Shown: in pieces, positions 41,108-50,198 of the stretch
Layout: every line of letters begins with the position of its first letter
Numbering within the stretch: the first letter of the stretch is position 1
Assembly: GCA_903838055.1 (NCBI GenBank)
Contig: CAILWV010000016.1
Coordinates: 91,252 to 155,251 of the forward strand
Source of the DNA: an uncultured Bacteroidota bacterium
Lineage (GTDB): Bacteria > Bacteroidota > Bacteroidia > Flavobacteriales > Flavobacteriaceae
Length of the DNA: 64,000 nt
Direction of reading: 5' to 3'
Program-made: the position numbers and the translations under genes
Notes under the pieces: model-generated
Told to the model about the DNA's origin: nothing
What the model saw: the letters and a program-made list of their open reading frames with translations, nothing else
Databases searched by the model: none

Positions 41108-41923
41108 ATGATTATTCCAAAAACAAGAGAAGAAATAGAATTAATGCGCGAAAGTGCACTGATAGTTTCTAAAACCTTAGGAGAAATAGCAAAAGTTATT
41201 AAGCCTGGTGTGACTACTTTATATTTAGATAAATTAGCCGAAGAATGCATTAGAGATCACGGGGCTGTTCCTGGGTTTCTTGGTCTTTATGGCTTCCCGA
41301 ATACCTTATGCGTAAGTCCGAATACTCAGGTGGTTCACGGAATCCCTAATAGCAAGCCTCTAGAAGACGGCGATGTTATTTCGGTAGATTGTGGGGCCTT
41401 AAAAAACGGTTTTTATGGTGATCACGCTTATAGCTTTGAAATTGGAGAAGTAGCGCCTGAGGTGAAAAAGTTACTTCAAGTTACTAAAGAAAGTCTTTAT
41501 GTTGGAATACGGGAATTCCGGATTGGGAATCGTGTTGAAGATGTAGGAAGTGCAATACAAAAATACTGTGAAAGTCATGGTTACGGAGTTGTACGTGAGC
41601 TTGTAGGTCATGGTTTAGGCAGAAAAATGCATGAGGATCCTGAAATGCCAAATTACGGAAAACGTGGGCGTGGCAAAATGTTTATTGAAGGAATGGTGGT
41701 TGCTATTGAGCCAATGATTAACATGGGAACCAAGAATGTAAAACAGCTCAAAGATGGCTGGACAATTCTTACTGCCGATGGCAAACCCAGCGCGCATTTT
41801 GAACATGATGTAGCATTAATAGACGGAAAACCAGAAATTTTATCTACTTTCAAGTATATTTATGATGCTTTAGGTATTGTTAGTAACGAAGAAGATGAAT
41901 TTAGAAAACAACCTATAATTTAG
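41108..41923 (+). CDS. map: Methionine aminopeptidase type I
   Basis: HGIP, DCG, GDHAYS, GHGLG, AIEPM and AHFEHDV. ATG at 41108. Confidence 0.97.
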   Translation: MIIPKTREEIELMRESALIVSKTLGEIAKVIKPGVTTLYLDKLAEECIRDHGAVPGFLGLYGFPNTLCVSPNTQVVHGIPNSKPLEDGDVISVDCGALKNGFYGDHAYSFEIGEVAPEVKKLLQVTKESLYVGIREFRIGNRVEDVGSAIQKYCESHGYGVVRELVGHGLGRKMHEDPEMPNYGKRGRGKMFIEGMVVAIEPMINMGTKNVKQLKDGWTILTADGKPSAHFEHDVALIDGKPEILSTFKYIYDALGIVSNEEDEFRKQPII

Positions 41924-41924
41924 A

Positions 41925-41950
41925 CACGAATTTCACGAATTTTCACGAAG
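41925..41950 (+). repeat. Three CACGAA(T/G) units at 9-10 nt period
   Basis: CACGAAT tt CACGAAT ttt CACGAAG, starting 1 nt after the map stop codon. Confidence 0.7.
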
Positions 41951-42020
41951 AATTTTGTTTTAATAAATGTTTAAATCTGAAATAAAACGACATACTAAAT
42001 TAGAATTAGTTTATTTCTTT

Positions 42021-42639
42021 CACCAAGTTACACTAAGTAGACACAAAGATGCACAAAGGATTTTGTATGAAAGTTAAAAAAAATATTTATTTTTTATGAA
42101 TTGAATCTATTCCGATAGTTTGAATTATGAAATAAAAACCTTATCTTGAAATAGAATTAACACGTTAATAATTTCAAGAAGAATTAAAAAGGTTTATTAT
42201 GAGAGAGGAAAACAAATTATTTGTTGATGAAGAATTAGAAGCAATTACCTATAAAGTTATAGGTTTAGCAATTGAGGTTCACCGTCAGTTGGGGCCAGGA
42301 TTACTAGAATCTGCCTATAAAGAATGTTTGTATTATGAAATAAAGAACAGTGGTTTTAACGTTGAAAAAGAAATAAAATTGCCAATAATTTATAAAGATT
42401 TGAAAATTGACCATGGATACCGAATGGATCTTTTAGTTGAAAACAGATTAGTTTTAGAATTGAAAACCGTTGAAGGATTTAGTGCTGTCCATTTTGCCCA
42501 AATCTTGACATATTTAAAACTAGGAAATTACCCATTAGGATTATTGTTGAATTACAATTCGACAATTTTAAGAAATAATATTAAAAGATTAATTAATACT
42601 CCTTCGTGAGACTTTGTGATCCCTTTGTGAATCTTTGAG
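42021..42639 (+). mobile_element. Putative GxxExxY cassette bounded by inverted heptamer arrays
   Basis: Left: CACCAAG-3-CACTAAG-4-CACAAAG-3-CACAAAG (42021-42058). Right: CTTCGTG-3-CTTTGTG-4-CTTTGTG-3-CTTTGAG (42602-42639). Mobility is inferred. Confidence 0.55.
42199..42609 (+). CDS. GxxExxY protein (PD-(D/E)xK nuclease-like fold)
   Basis: LGPGLLESAYKECL, YRMDLLVE, VLELK, AQILTYLK and GLLLNY. Confidence 0.93.
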   Translation: MREENKLFVDEELEAITYKVIGLAIEVHRQLGPGLLESAYKECLYYEIKNSGFNVEKEIKLPIIYKDLKIDHGYRMDLLVENRLVLELKTVEGFSAVHFAQILTYLKLGNYPLGLLLNYNSTILRNNIKRLINTPS

Positions 42640-42646
42640 AAATTAT

Positions 42647-43417
42647 ATGAAAAAAATATTCAAGTTTATATTAAATACTATCCCGAGGCCGATATTAATT
42701 CGGTTAAGTATTGTAGTGCGCCCAATATTAGCATTTTTATTAAAAGGAAATCGATTTACAGATCCCATTGACGGGAAAAGCTTCAGTATGTTTTTGCCTT
42801 ACGGCTACGGAAACCAGCGCAATAATGTGCTTTCACCAAGTACCCTTTCGCTAGAAAGACACCGTTTATTATGGCTGTATTTGCAAAATGAAACCGATTT
42901 TTTCACCTCAACAGAAAAGAAAAAAGTTTTGCATTTTGCTCCCGAACAAGAATTTTACAAACGTTTCAAAAAACAAACAAATATCCAATACACCACCACC
43001 GATTTACTTTCACCTTTGGCAGATGTGAAGGCAGATATTTGTAATTTACCCTTTGAGGACAATGCCTATGATATTATTTTCTGCAACCATGTTTTAGAAC
43101 ATATTCCAGATGACACTAAAGCGATGCAAGAATTATATCGGGTTTTGAAACCTGGCGGAATGGGAATATTTCAAATTCCACAAGAGTTATCTCGAGCTAC
43201 TACTTTCTCAGATGATTCTATTGTAGACCAAAAAGAACGTGCTAAAATCTTCGGACAATACGATCATGTTCGCGTTTACGGAAGAGACTATTTTGACAAA
43301 TTAAGGAGCATCGGTTTTAAAGTAATTGAAGAAGATTACACATCCAAACTTACACCAGAATTAGTAGAAAAATATTGCTTGGCAAAAGGAGAAATTATAC
43401 CGGTTTGTTTTAAGTAA
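42647..43417 (+). CDS. Class I SAM-dependent methyltransferase
   Basis: SLERHRLLWLYL, LHFAPE, DIIFCNHVLEH and RVLKPGG. ATG at 42647. Confidence 0.88.
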   Translation: MKKIFKFILNTIPRPILIRLSIVVRPILAFLLKGNRFTDPIDGKSFSMFLPYGYGNQRNNVLSPSTLSLERHRLLWLYLQNETDFFTSTEKKKVLHFAPEQEFYKRFKKQTNIQYTTTDLLSPLADVKADICNLPFEDNAYDIIFCNHVLEHIPDDTKAMQELYRVLKPGGMGIFQIPQELSRATTFSDDSIVDQKERAKIFGQYDHVRVYGRDYFDKLRSIGFKVIEEDYTSKLTPELVEKYCLAKGEIIPVCFK

Positions 43418-43484
43418 AAATTAAACCATCACCTAATTGGTGAAACTAAAAATTACTATCTTTACATTTGATAATAGAATTTTT

Positions 43485-44735
43485 ATGTTTAAAAAACTCC
43501 TACTGCTTTCGCTTATTGCTTTTTCAGCTACTACTTTGCTTGCTCAAGAAAAAGAAGTACAACCTCCATTTTCTATCAAAACCATTTCATTCGTTCAAAA
43601 TGGACAAAATGCAGTACCACTGTTTTTATTAGGAGATTCCTTTCAGTTACAATTTGATGATCTTCATGGGTCGGAAGATAATTACTACTATAAAATCACC
43701 CATTGCGACTACGATTGGAAGCAATCACAACTATCGGTTAACGAATATTTAAATGGCTTTAACGAACAAAGAATTCAAGAATATACTAATTCTTTTAATG
43801 CACTTCAAATTTACTCCCATTACAAATTAACGTTTCCAAATAAATTAACCCAATTAAAAGTAAGTGGAAACTATATAATTAGCGTCTTGAATGATAGTAA
43901 AGAAGTTGTTTTTTCAAGAAAGTTTATTATTTATGAAGAATTAGTTTCTGTTCCATTGCAGATAAAAAGAGCAAGAACAAATCCCGATTTACCTTTTAAA
44001 CATAATTTAGATTTCGCCATACGCACAAGCGCCATGACATTCCAAAGTCCGCTTACCAACATAAAAGTGATGTTATTACAAAACGGAAGATTGGACAACG
44101 CCATTACCAATATCAAACCGATGTACACTATTGGTAATGATTTAATATATAAATACGATTCGGAGACTCAATTTTGGGCTGGCAATGAGTACCTATTCTT
44201 TGAAAATAAAAATATTAGAGCGGCCACCAATAGCATTGCCCATGTAGATTCTAGCGGTGGATTGTACAATTGCTATCTCTATTCAAATAATGCTCGGGCA
44301 GCACAACAATACACCTATTGGCCAGATATAAACGGAAATTTTTTAGTAAATAATTTAAATGCCGAAAACAGCGAAATCGAAGCCGATTATGCCTGGATTT
44401 ATTTCTCACTTTCTGCTCCTGCTTTCTACCAAAATAAAAATATTTACATCACCGGAATGTTCAATAACTATAATCTTACCGATGAAAATAAAATGGATTA
44501 TAACGAAAAAAAGGGCATTTACGAAAAAGCAATGATGATAAAACAAGGCTTTACTAATTACTGCTATACAGTTGCTGACAGTAAAGGAAAAATTGATAAT
44601 CAAAATGCTATCGATGGCAACTTTTGGCAAACTGAAAACAATTACCAAGCAATTATTTACTACCGTGAAAATAACGAACGTTATGATAGAGTTATCGGAA
44701 AAGGAATTGCAACCTCAACGGACATAATCAATTAA
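43485..44735 (+). CDS. DUF5103 protein (T9SS SprA translocon plug protein)
   Basis: Signal peptide, FDDL, HCDYDW, SGNY, FWAGNEYLFF and GNFWQTENNY. I recall DUF5103 as the T9SS Plug family. Confidence 0.7.
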   Translation: MFKKLLLLSLIAFSATTLLAQEKEVQPPFSIKTISFVQNGQNAVPLFLLGDSFQLQFDDLHGSEDNYYYKITHCDYDWKQSQLSVNEYLNGFNEQRIQEYTNSFNALQIYSHYKLTFPNKLTQLKVSGNYIISVLNDSKEVVFSRKFIIYEELVSVPLQIKRARTNPDLPFKHNLDFAIRTSAMTFQSPLTNIKVMLLQNGRLDNAITNIKPMYTIGNDLIYKYDSETQFWAGNEYLFFENKNIRAATNSIAHVDSSGGLYNCYLYSNNARAAQQYTYWPDINGNFLVNNLNAENSEIEADYAWIYFSLSAPAFYQNKNIYITGMFNNYNLTDENKMDYNEKKGIYEKAMMIKQGFTNYCYTVADSKGKIDNQNAIDGNFWQTENNYQAIIYYRENNERYDRVIGKGIATSTDIIN

Positions 44736-44802
44736 TATATTATTAACATCAAATAAATATTTGGTGATTTATTAATTTTGTAACTTTACAAAAACTTATT
44801 TT

Positions 44803-45189
44803 ATGGTTACCCAAATAACAAGAGGAATAAAAATATCTGTTAAGACTAGTTTTGAAGGCACTTATTTCAAAAACTACAAGATACATTTTGCCTTTTCTTA
44901 TGAAGTAACTATCGAAAATTCTAGCAAAGATTCCGTTCAATTAATAACGCGCCATTGGGAGATTTTCGATTCCTTAAATGATATTGAAATTGTAGATGGT
45001 GAGGGTGTAATCGGGAAAAAACCAGTTCTTAAACCTGGAGAAACCCATACTTATTCCTCCGGATGTCTACTATCTTCACCACACGGAGCTATGAAAGGGT
45101 ATTTTAGCATGATTAATTTCACCACAACCAAGAATTTTCGCGTCATCGTTCCAGCGTTTCGTTTAAGCGCACCTTATGCTTTAAACTAG
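44803..45189 (+). CDS. apaG: ApaG (Co2+/Mg2+ efflux-associated) protein
   Basis: RHWEI, GEGVIGKKPVLKPG and YSSGC...GAMKG motifs. Confidence 0.95.
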   Translation: MVTQITRGIKISVKTSFEGTYFKNYKIHFAFSYEVTIENSSKDSVQLITRHWEIFDSLNDIEIVDGEGVIGKKPVLKPGETHTYSSGCLLSSPHGAMKGYFSMINFTTTKNFRVIVPAFRLSAPYALN

Positions 45190-45200
45190 AAGCCAATCCA

Positions 45201-45332
45201 GCTATCCATTTCAAGTTTGCTAGTAAAAATACTTTTTTTCTAAGTCTAATAACGTGCTCCTAACGTCGCAGTTATTAGCCCTGAAAAAATAGCTTTTTCC
45301 TTCGCAAAGCTTTCCATTTCTATCTGGGCTAA
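45201..45332. repeat. Degenerate Flavo-1-like/REP-like composite
   Basis: TTTCCATTTCTATCTGGGCTAA (45311-45332) matches 58841-58862 at 16/22 nt. There is an inverted TTAGCCC at 45275 and a weaker copy at 45201-45223. Confidence 0.45.
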
Positions 45333-45489
45333 CCAATTCCAAACAATAGAAAAAACAACAAAGTTTAATCTTAAATGTTGTCAAAAATTCAAAAAAACCT
45401 TTGTACTTTTGTTACCTATTGAATATTTAAAACAATTCAATCTAAAATTCTAACAATTTTATTAGTTAAATAATCTAACGATCTATATT

Positions 45490-47118
45490 ATGTCAAAAGG
45501 ATTCTTTCACGTACCCAAAGCGGTCAACGAACCTGTAAAATCGTACGCTCCAAATTCGCCAGAAAAAGCAGCAGTTTTAGCAGCTTACAAAAAAATGTGG
45601 AGCGAAACAATCGATGTGCCAATGTACATTGGATCCGAACAAGTTCGCACTGGAAACACTAGAACCATGTCGGCACCACATGACCACCAACATATAGTTG
45701 GAACTTATCATGTAGCAGAAAAAAAAAATATAGAAAACGCAATTGCATGCGCATTAGAAGCTAGAAAAACGTGGTCACAAATGCCTTGGGAACACCGCGC
45801 AGCAATTTTCTTAAAAGCAGCCGAATTAATTGCAGGCCCCTACAGAGCGCGTATTAATGCGGCTACGATGATTGCACAATCAAAGACTATTTTTCAAGCA
45901 GAAATTGATGCTTCTTGCGAGTTGATTGACTTCTTACGTTACAACGTTGAATTCATGACACAAATTTATAACGACCAACCAAAATCTGTTTCTGATGTAT
46001 GGAATAAAGTAGAATACCGCCCTTTAGAAGGATTTATCTACGCTATTACACCATTTAATTTCACTGCAATTGCTGCCAATTTACCTGCTAGCGCTGCATT
46101 AATGGGAAACACTGTAGTTTGGAAACCAAGTGATAGTCAAGTTTTCTCTGCTAAAATAATAATCGATATTTTTAAAGAAGCCGGAGTTCCTGACGGTGTT
46201 ATCAACGTAGTTTTTGGAGATCCAGTGATGATCACGGATACCGTATTAGCTAGTCCTGATTTTGTTGGAGTGCACTATACAGGTTCTACATTTGTATTTA
46301 AAGAAATTTGGAAAAAAATCGGAAATAATATCCACACCTATAAAACATATCCTAAAATTGTTGGTGAAACAGGAGGAAAAGATTTTATTGTTGCCCATTC
46401 ATCTGCCAATGTCAAACAAGTAGTTACCGGAATTACTCGTGGCGCTTTTGAATTTCAAGGACAAAAATGTTCTGCAGCATCTAGAGCTTATATACCGCAA
46501 AGCTTATGGCCGGCTGTAAAATCACAATTAATTACTGATGTGAATTCAATGAAAATGGGTTCGCCAGAAGATTTTGGCAATTTCATTACCGCAGTAATTC
46601 ACGAAGGTTCGTTTGATAAACTAGCAGGTTTTATTGACCAAGCAAAAAAAGATGCTGATGCGGAAATTATACTTGGTGGAAATTACGATAAATCAAAAGG
46701 TTACTTTATTGAACCAACTGTTATTGTTACTACAAGCCCTAAATATGCAACTATGGAAACCGAACTTTTTGGTCCGGTTATCACTATTTATGTATATGAA
46801 GATTCAAAATGGCACGAAACATTAAAATTGGTAGATGAAACTTCAGATTATGCATTAACTGGAGCTGTTTTTAGTCAAGACAGATATGCAATTGTAGAAG
46901 CTGCTAATGCGTTACAAAACGCAGCTGGGAATTTCTATATTAATGATAAACCAACAGGAGCCGTAGTAGGAATGCAACCATTTGGTGGAGCTAGAGCTTC
47001 AGGAACCAACGATAAAGCTGGTTCTATGCAAAATTTATTGCGTTGGGTTTCTCCAAGAACTATTAAAGAAACTTTTATAACTCCTGAAGATTATCGCTAT
47101 CCCTTCTTAGGAGAATAA
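45490..47118 (+). CDS. pruA: L-glutamate gamma-semialdehyde (P5C) dehydrogenase
   Basis: PFNFTAIA, ETGGKDF, GQKCSA, ELFGP and YINDKPTGAVVG. Confidence 0.95.
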   Translation: MSKGFFHVPKAVNEPVKSYAPNSPEKAAVLAAYKKMWSETIDVPMYIGSEQVRTGNTRTMSAPHDHQHIVGTYHVAEKKNIENAIACALEARKTWSQMPWEHRAAIFLKAAELIAGPYRARINAATMIAQSKTIFQAEIDASCELIDFLRYNVEFMTQIYNDQPKSVSDVWNKVEYRPLEGFIYAITPFNFTAIAANLPASAALMGNTVVWKPSDSQVFSAKIIIDIFKEAGVPDGVINVVFGDPVMITDTVLASPDFVGVHYTGSTFVFKEIWKKIGNNIHTYKTYPKIVGETGGKDFIVAHSSANVKQVVTGITRGAFEFQGQKCSAASRAYIPQSLWPAVKSQLITDVNSMKMGSPEDFGNFITAVIHEGSFDKLAGFIDQAKKDADAEIILGGNYDKSKGYFIEPTVIVTTSPKYATMETELFGPVITIYVYEDSKWHETLKLVDETSDYALTGAVFSQDRYAIVEAANALQNAAGNFYINDKPTGAVVGMQPFGGARASGTNDKAGSMQNLLRWVSPRTIKETFITPEDYRYPFLGE

Positions 47119-47229
47119 TTTGACAACAAATAACTTTTTATAAAAAGCTCATTCAGAAATGTTTGAGCTTTATTTTTTAGCAATTGATGATTTTTTGTAT
47201 ATTTGAATCCGAAAAATAAATAAAAATTC

Positions 47230-48261
47230 ATGAAAATAAAATTACTTTTTTTAGCAATATTGGCTTCAGTATTTAGCTTTTCCCAAAGCACAATTAATTC
47301 TTTTTATGGGGCCAATAACACAAGTTTTTTAATGCTTACTTCTGGCACTACATTAGATCATAGTCCAGCTGGACCTAATCAAACATGGAATTTTAATCAA
47401 ATGATTTCTCTAGGTAATTCTGTACATACCTATGCAACACCTTCTGTACAAGAATTGGTAACCTATCCGGGAACGACTTCAAACATAATATCTACTAATA
47501 CTCAAGGTACAAATGTAGCTACAGGATATCTTTACACAAAAAACGTTGGCGGAGTGGTATCTATTACTGGATTGAATACTACAGGACTTAATGCAAATTT
47601 CGGAACTAACAATGCTACAATTGGAACATTCCCAATGAATTATGGCTATACTAATACCGATTCAAATGTTTCAGGAAACTACACTTACACAACATATTCA
47701 GGTACTTTTACAGGCACTTTAACAACTACTGTTGATGCTTACGGAACATTAACCTTAAATGATGCAGGCAACGGAGCATATTCAGGAACTGTAACTCGAA
47801 TGAAAAACGTATTAAGTCTTACTTTAAATTATGGATTTATTCCAAATGTTGGAACTGTTGTTCAAACAAGCTATTCCTATTTTGACCCAAATGTATCCAC
47901 TACAGATTATGTTTTTAGAAGTGTATCAACTGCCTCTGTAATTCCGTTAATGTCAATTAACCAAACAGATGTGGTTATTGAAAAAATCCATACAACACCT
48001 TTATCCGTTGATAGTCAAAATTTTGCAAATGCACTTTGGATAAAAAATCCTATTAATAATAGTTTAGAAATTAATTCAAATTATGCTATTGAAAATGCAA
48101 CAATATCAATAACTGATATTTTAGGAAAAACAGTTTTTACTTCAGCTGACCAAAACATCAACGGTAGTATAGAAATTCCGTTAAATTTATCTAATGGAGT
48201 TTATTTAATCACCATTAAAAACGAAAAAGAATCTATTACAAAGAAAATAGTAAAAGGATAA
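47230..48261 (+). CDS. T9SS type A sorting domain-containing secreted protein
   Basis: Signal peptide, T/N/G/S-rich body and C-terminal ...NLSNGVYLITIKNEKESITKKIVKG. Confidence 0.85.
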   Translation: MKIKLLFLAILASVFSFSQSTINSFYGANNTSFLMLTSGTTLDHSPAGPNQTWNFNQMISLGNSVHTYATPSVQELVTYPGTTSNIISTNTQGTNVATGYLYTKNVGGVVSITGLNTTGLNANFGTNNATIGTFPMNYGYTNTDSNVSGNYTYTTYSGTFTGTLTTTVDAYGTLTLNDAGNGAYSGTVTRMKNVLSLTLNYGFIPNVGTVVQTSYSYFDPNVSTTDYVFRSVSTASVIPLMSINQTDVVIEKIHTTPLSVDSQNFANALWIKNPINNSLEINSNYAIENATISITDILGKTVFTSADQNINGSIEIPLNLSNGVYLITIKNEKESITKKIVKG

Positions 48262-48333
48262 TGTAGAACTCATTCCATAAAAAATGCACCAAATAGTACC
48301 TAACTTTTTGGGGCATATTCAATTTAGATATTA

Positions 48334-48960
48334 TTATTTTGTTTTCAGCGGCAAGTACACAACTTTTTTTGTTTCAAAAAATTCTTCCTTGAAAAAATCA
48401 GATAAATTATATTCTTTTGCTTTTGGAAAATCTTTCAATTCCTCGGTTAAATCTCCACCTTTAAGATACAATATTCCGTTTGGTAAATCATTATTATTTG
48501 ATTTTCGAACTTTATCTTTTACCCAAGAAACAAAATCGGGCATGTTTGTAACTGCTCTACTTACAATAAAATCAAACTCTTTTTTTACGTTTTCAGCACG
48601 CATTTGTTCGGCTTTTACATTGGTTAATCCCAATGCAGTAGCAACTTCATTAACAACTTTTATTTTTTTAGCAATAATATCAATTAGGTAAAAATCACAC
48701 TCGGGAAATAATATCGCTAATGGAATTCCTGGAAAACCACCTCCAGTTCCTACATCCATAATTTTAGATCGGTTAGTGAAAGTTATTATTTTAGCAATCC
48801 CTAAAGAATGTAAAACGTGACGGGAATATAACTCATCAATATCCTTTCGCGAAATTACATTTATCTTAGAATTCCAATCTTCATATAAATATTGAAGTTT
48901 TTCAAATTGTTTTATCTGATTTTCAGTAAGATTTGGGAATTGCTTTAAAATTTCTTCCAT
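48334..48960 (-). CDS. rsmG: 16S rRNA m7G527 methyltransferase
   Basis: WNSKINVISR, MDVGTGGGFPGIPLAI, SRAV and YLKG. ATG at 48960. Confidence 0.96.
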   Translation of the reverse strand: MEEILKQFPNLTENQIKQFEKLQYLYEDWNSKINVISRKDIDELYSRHVLHSLGIAKIITFTNRSKIMDVGTGGGFPGIPLAILFPECDFYLIDIIAKKIKVVNEVATALGLTNVKAEQMRAENVKKEFDFIVSRAVTNMPDFVSWVKDKVRKSNNNDLPNGILYLKGGDLTEELKDFPKAKEYNLSDFFKEEFFETKKVVYLPLKTK

Positions 48961-49070
48961 ATTATCGATTTTATGCAAAAATAGTACAATTAGTTAATAA
49001 TTGTGAATTGTTTTAGACTATAAAAAAATTATAATAATTATCTTTGTCTAAACTTTTGAATTTCAAAATT

Positions 49071-50165
49071 ATGAATACCACAACCCCTGTCTTTTCTAAA
49101 AATGACAATCTAAAATTTTTTAGAACCCTAAATAAAAGAGTAAACGACTATTTCAAAGAAAATAACCTAGATAAAACTGGAAACTGGAAATTGCATTTAA
49201 AAACCGCAGTTATGTTTACCATATTTTTAACACCCTATTTCTTCCTTGTTTCAATGGATATGCCTTTTTGGACCTATCTTTTATTGAGCGTAGTAATCGG
49301 GGTTGGAATGGCAGGAGTTGGAATGAATGTTATGCACGATGGAAATCATGGTGCCTATTCAAACAAATCATGGATAAACAAATTTATGGGTGGTAGTATT
49401 TATATTCTTGCTGGAAATGTTTACAATTGGCAAGTACAACATAATGTTTTGCACCATACTTACACCAATATTTTAGGCCATGATGAAGACTTAGAAGCAG
49501 GAAGAGTATTACGTTTTACAAAAGAAGCAAAATGGCATAAACACCATAAATTTCAACAATATTATTCGGTTTTTTTATATGGATTATTGACTTTCAATTG
49601 GGCAATTACTACTGATTTCATTCAAATGAAACGTTATTTGAAAAGAAATTTATCCTATGGAGAATTTAAAAAACCTGTAGTTCATTGGACAACATTGATA
49701 ATTACAAAAATTATTTATTTTTCTATTTGGTTAGTAATTCCAATGGTTATGGGAATTACTTGGTGGAAAGTAGTTTTAGGTTTTTTTGTAATGCACTATA
49801 CTGCTGGTGTGATATTAAGCGTAGTATTTCAATTAGCTCACGTAGTAAATGAAACTGCAAATCCAATTCCGGATGATAATGGAGAAATAGAAAACACTTG
49901 GGCAATACACCAATTGTATACAACTGCTAATTTTGCGCCAAAAAACTGGTTAGTAAATTACTATACAGGGGGATTAAATCACCAAATTGAGCACCACATT
50001 TTTCCAAATATTAGCCACGTTCATTACAACAAAATAGCAGAATTTGTAAAACAAACTGCCAAAGAATGTAATTTACCTTACTACGAATTCCAAACTACAA
50101 GAGCTGCACTATATTCACACTTTACTCATTTAAGAGATTTAGGCAGAAAACCGCAACTTGCATAA
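49071..50165 (+). CDS. Fatty acid (acyl-CoA) desaturase family protein
   Basis: His boxes HDGNH, HNVLHH and QIEHH. ATG at 49071. Confidence 0.92.
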   Translation: MNTTTPVFSKNDNLKFFRTLNKRVNDYFKENNLDKTGNWKLHLKTAVMFTIFLTPYFFLVSMDMPFWTYLLLSVVIGVGMAGVGMNVMHDGNHGAYSNKSWINKFMGGSIYILAGNVYNWQVQHNVLHHTYTNILGHDEDLEAGRVLRFTKEAKWHKHHKFQQYYSVFLYGLLTFNWAITTDFIQMKRYLKRNLSYGEFKKPVVHWTTLIITKIIYFSIWLVIPMVMGITWWKVVLGFFVMHYTAGVILSVVFQLAHVVNETANPIPDDNGEIENTWAIHQLYTTANFAPKNWLVNYYTGGLNHQIEHHIFPNISHVHYNKIAEFVKQTAKECNLPYYEFQTTRAALYSHFTHLRDLGRKPQLA

Positions 50166-50198
50166 AACAATACCTTTATAATCACAACTAACACAACA

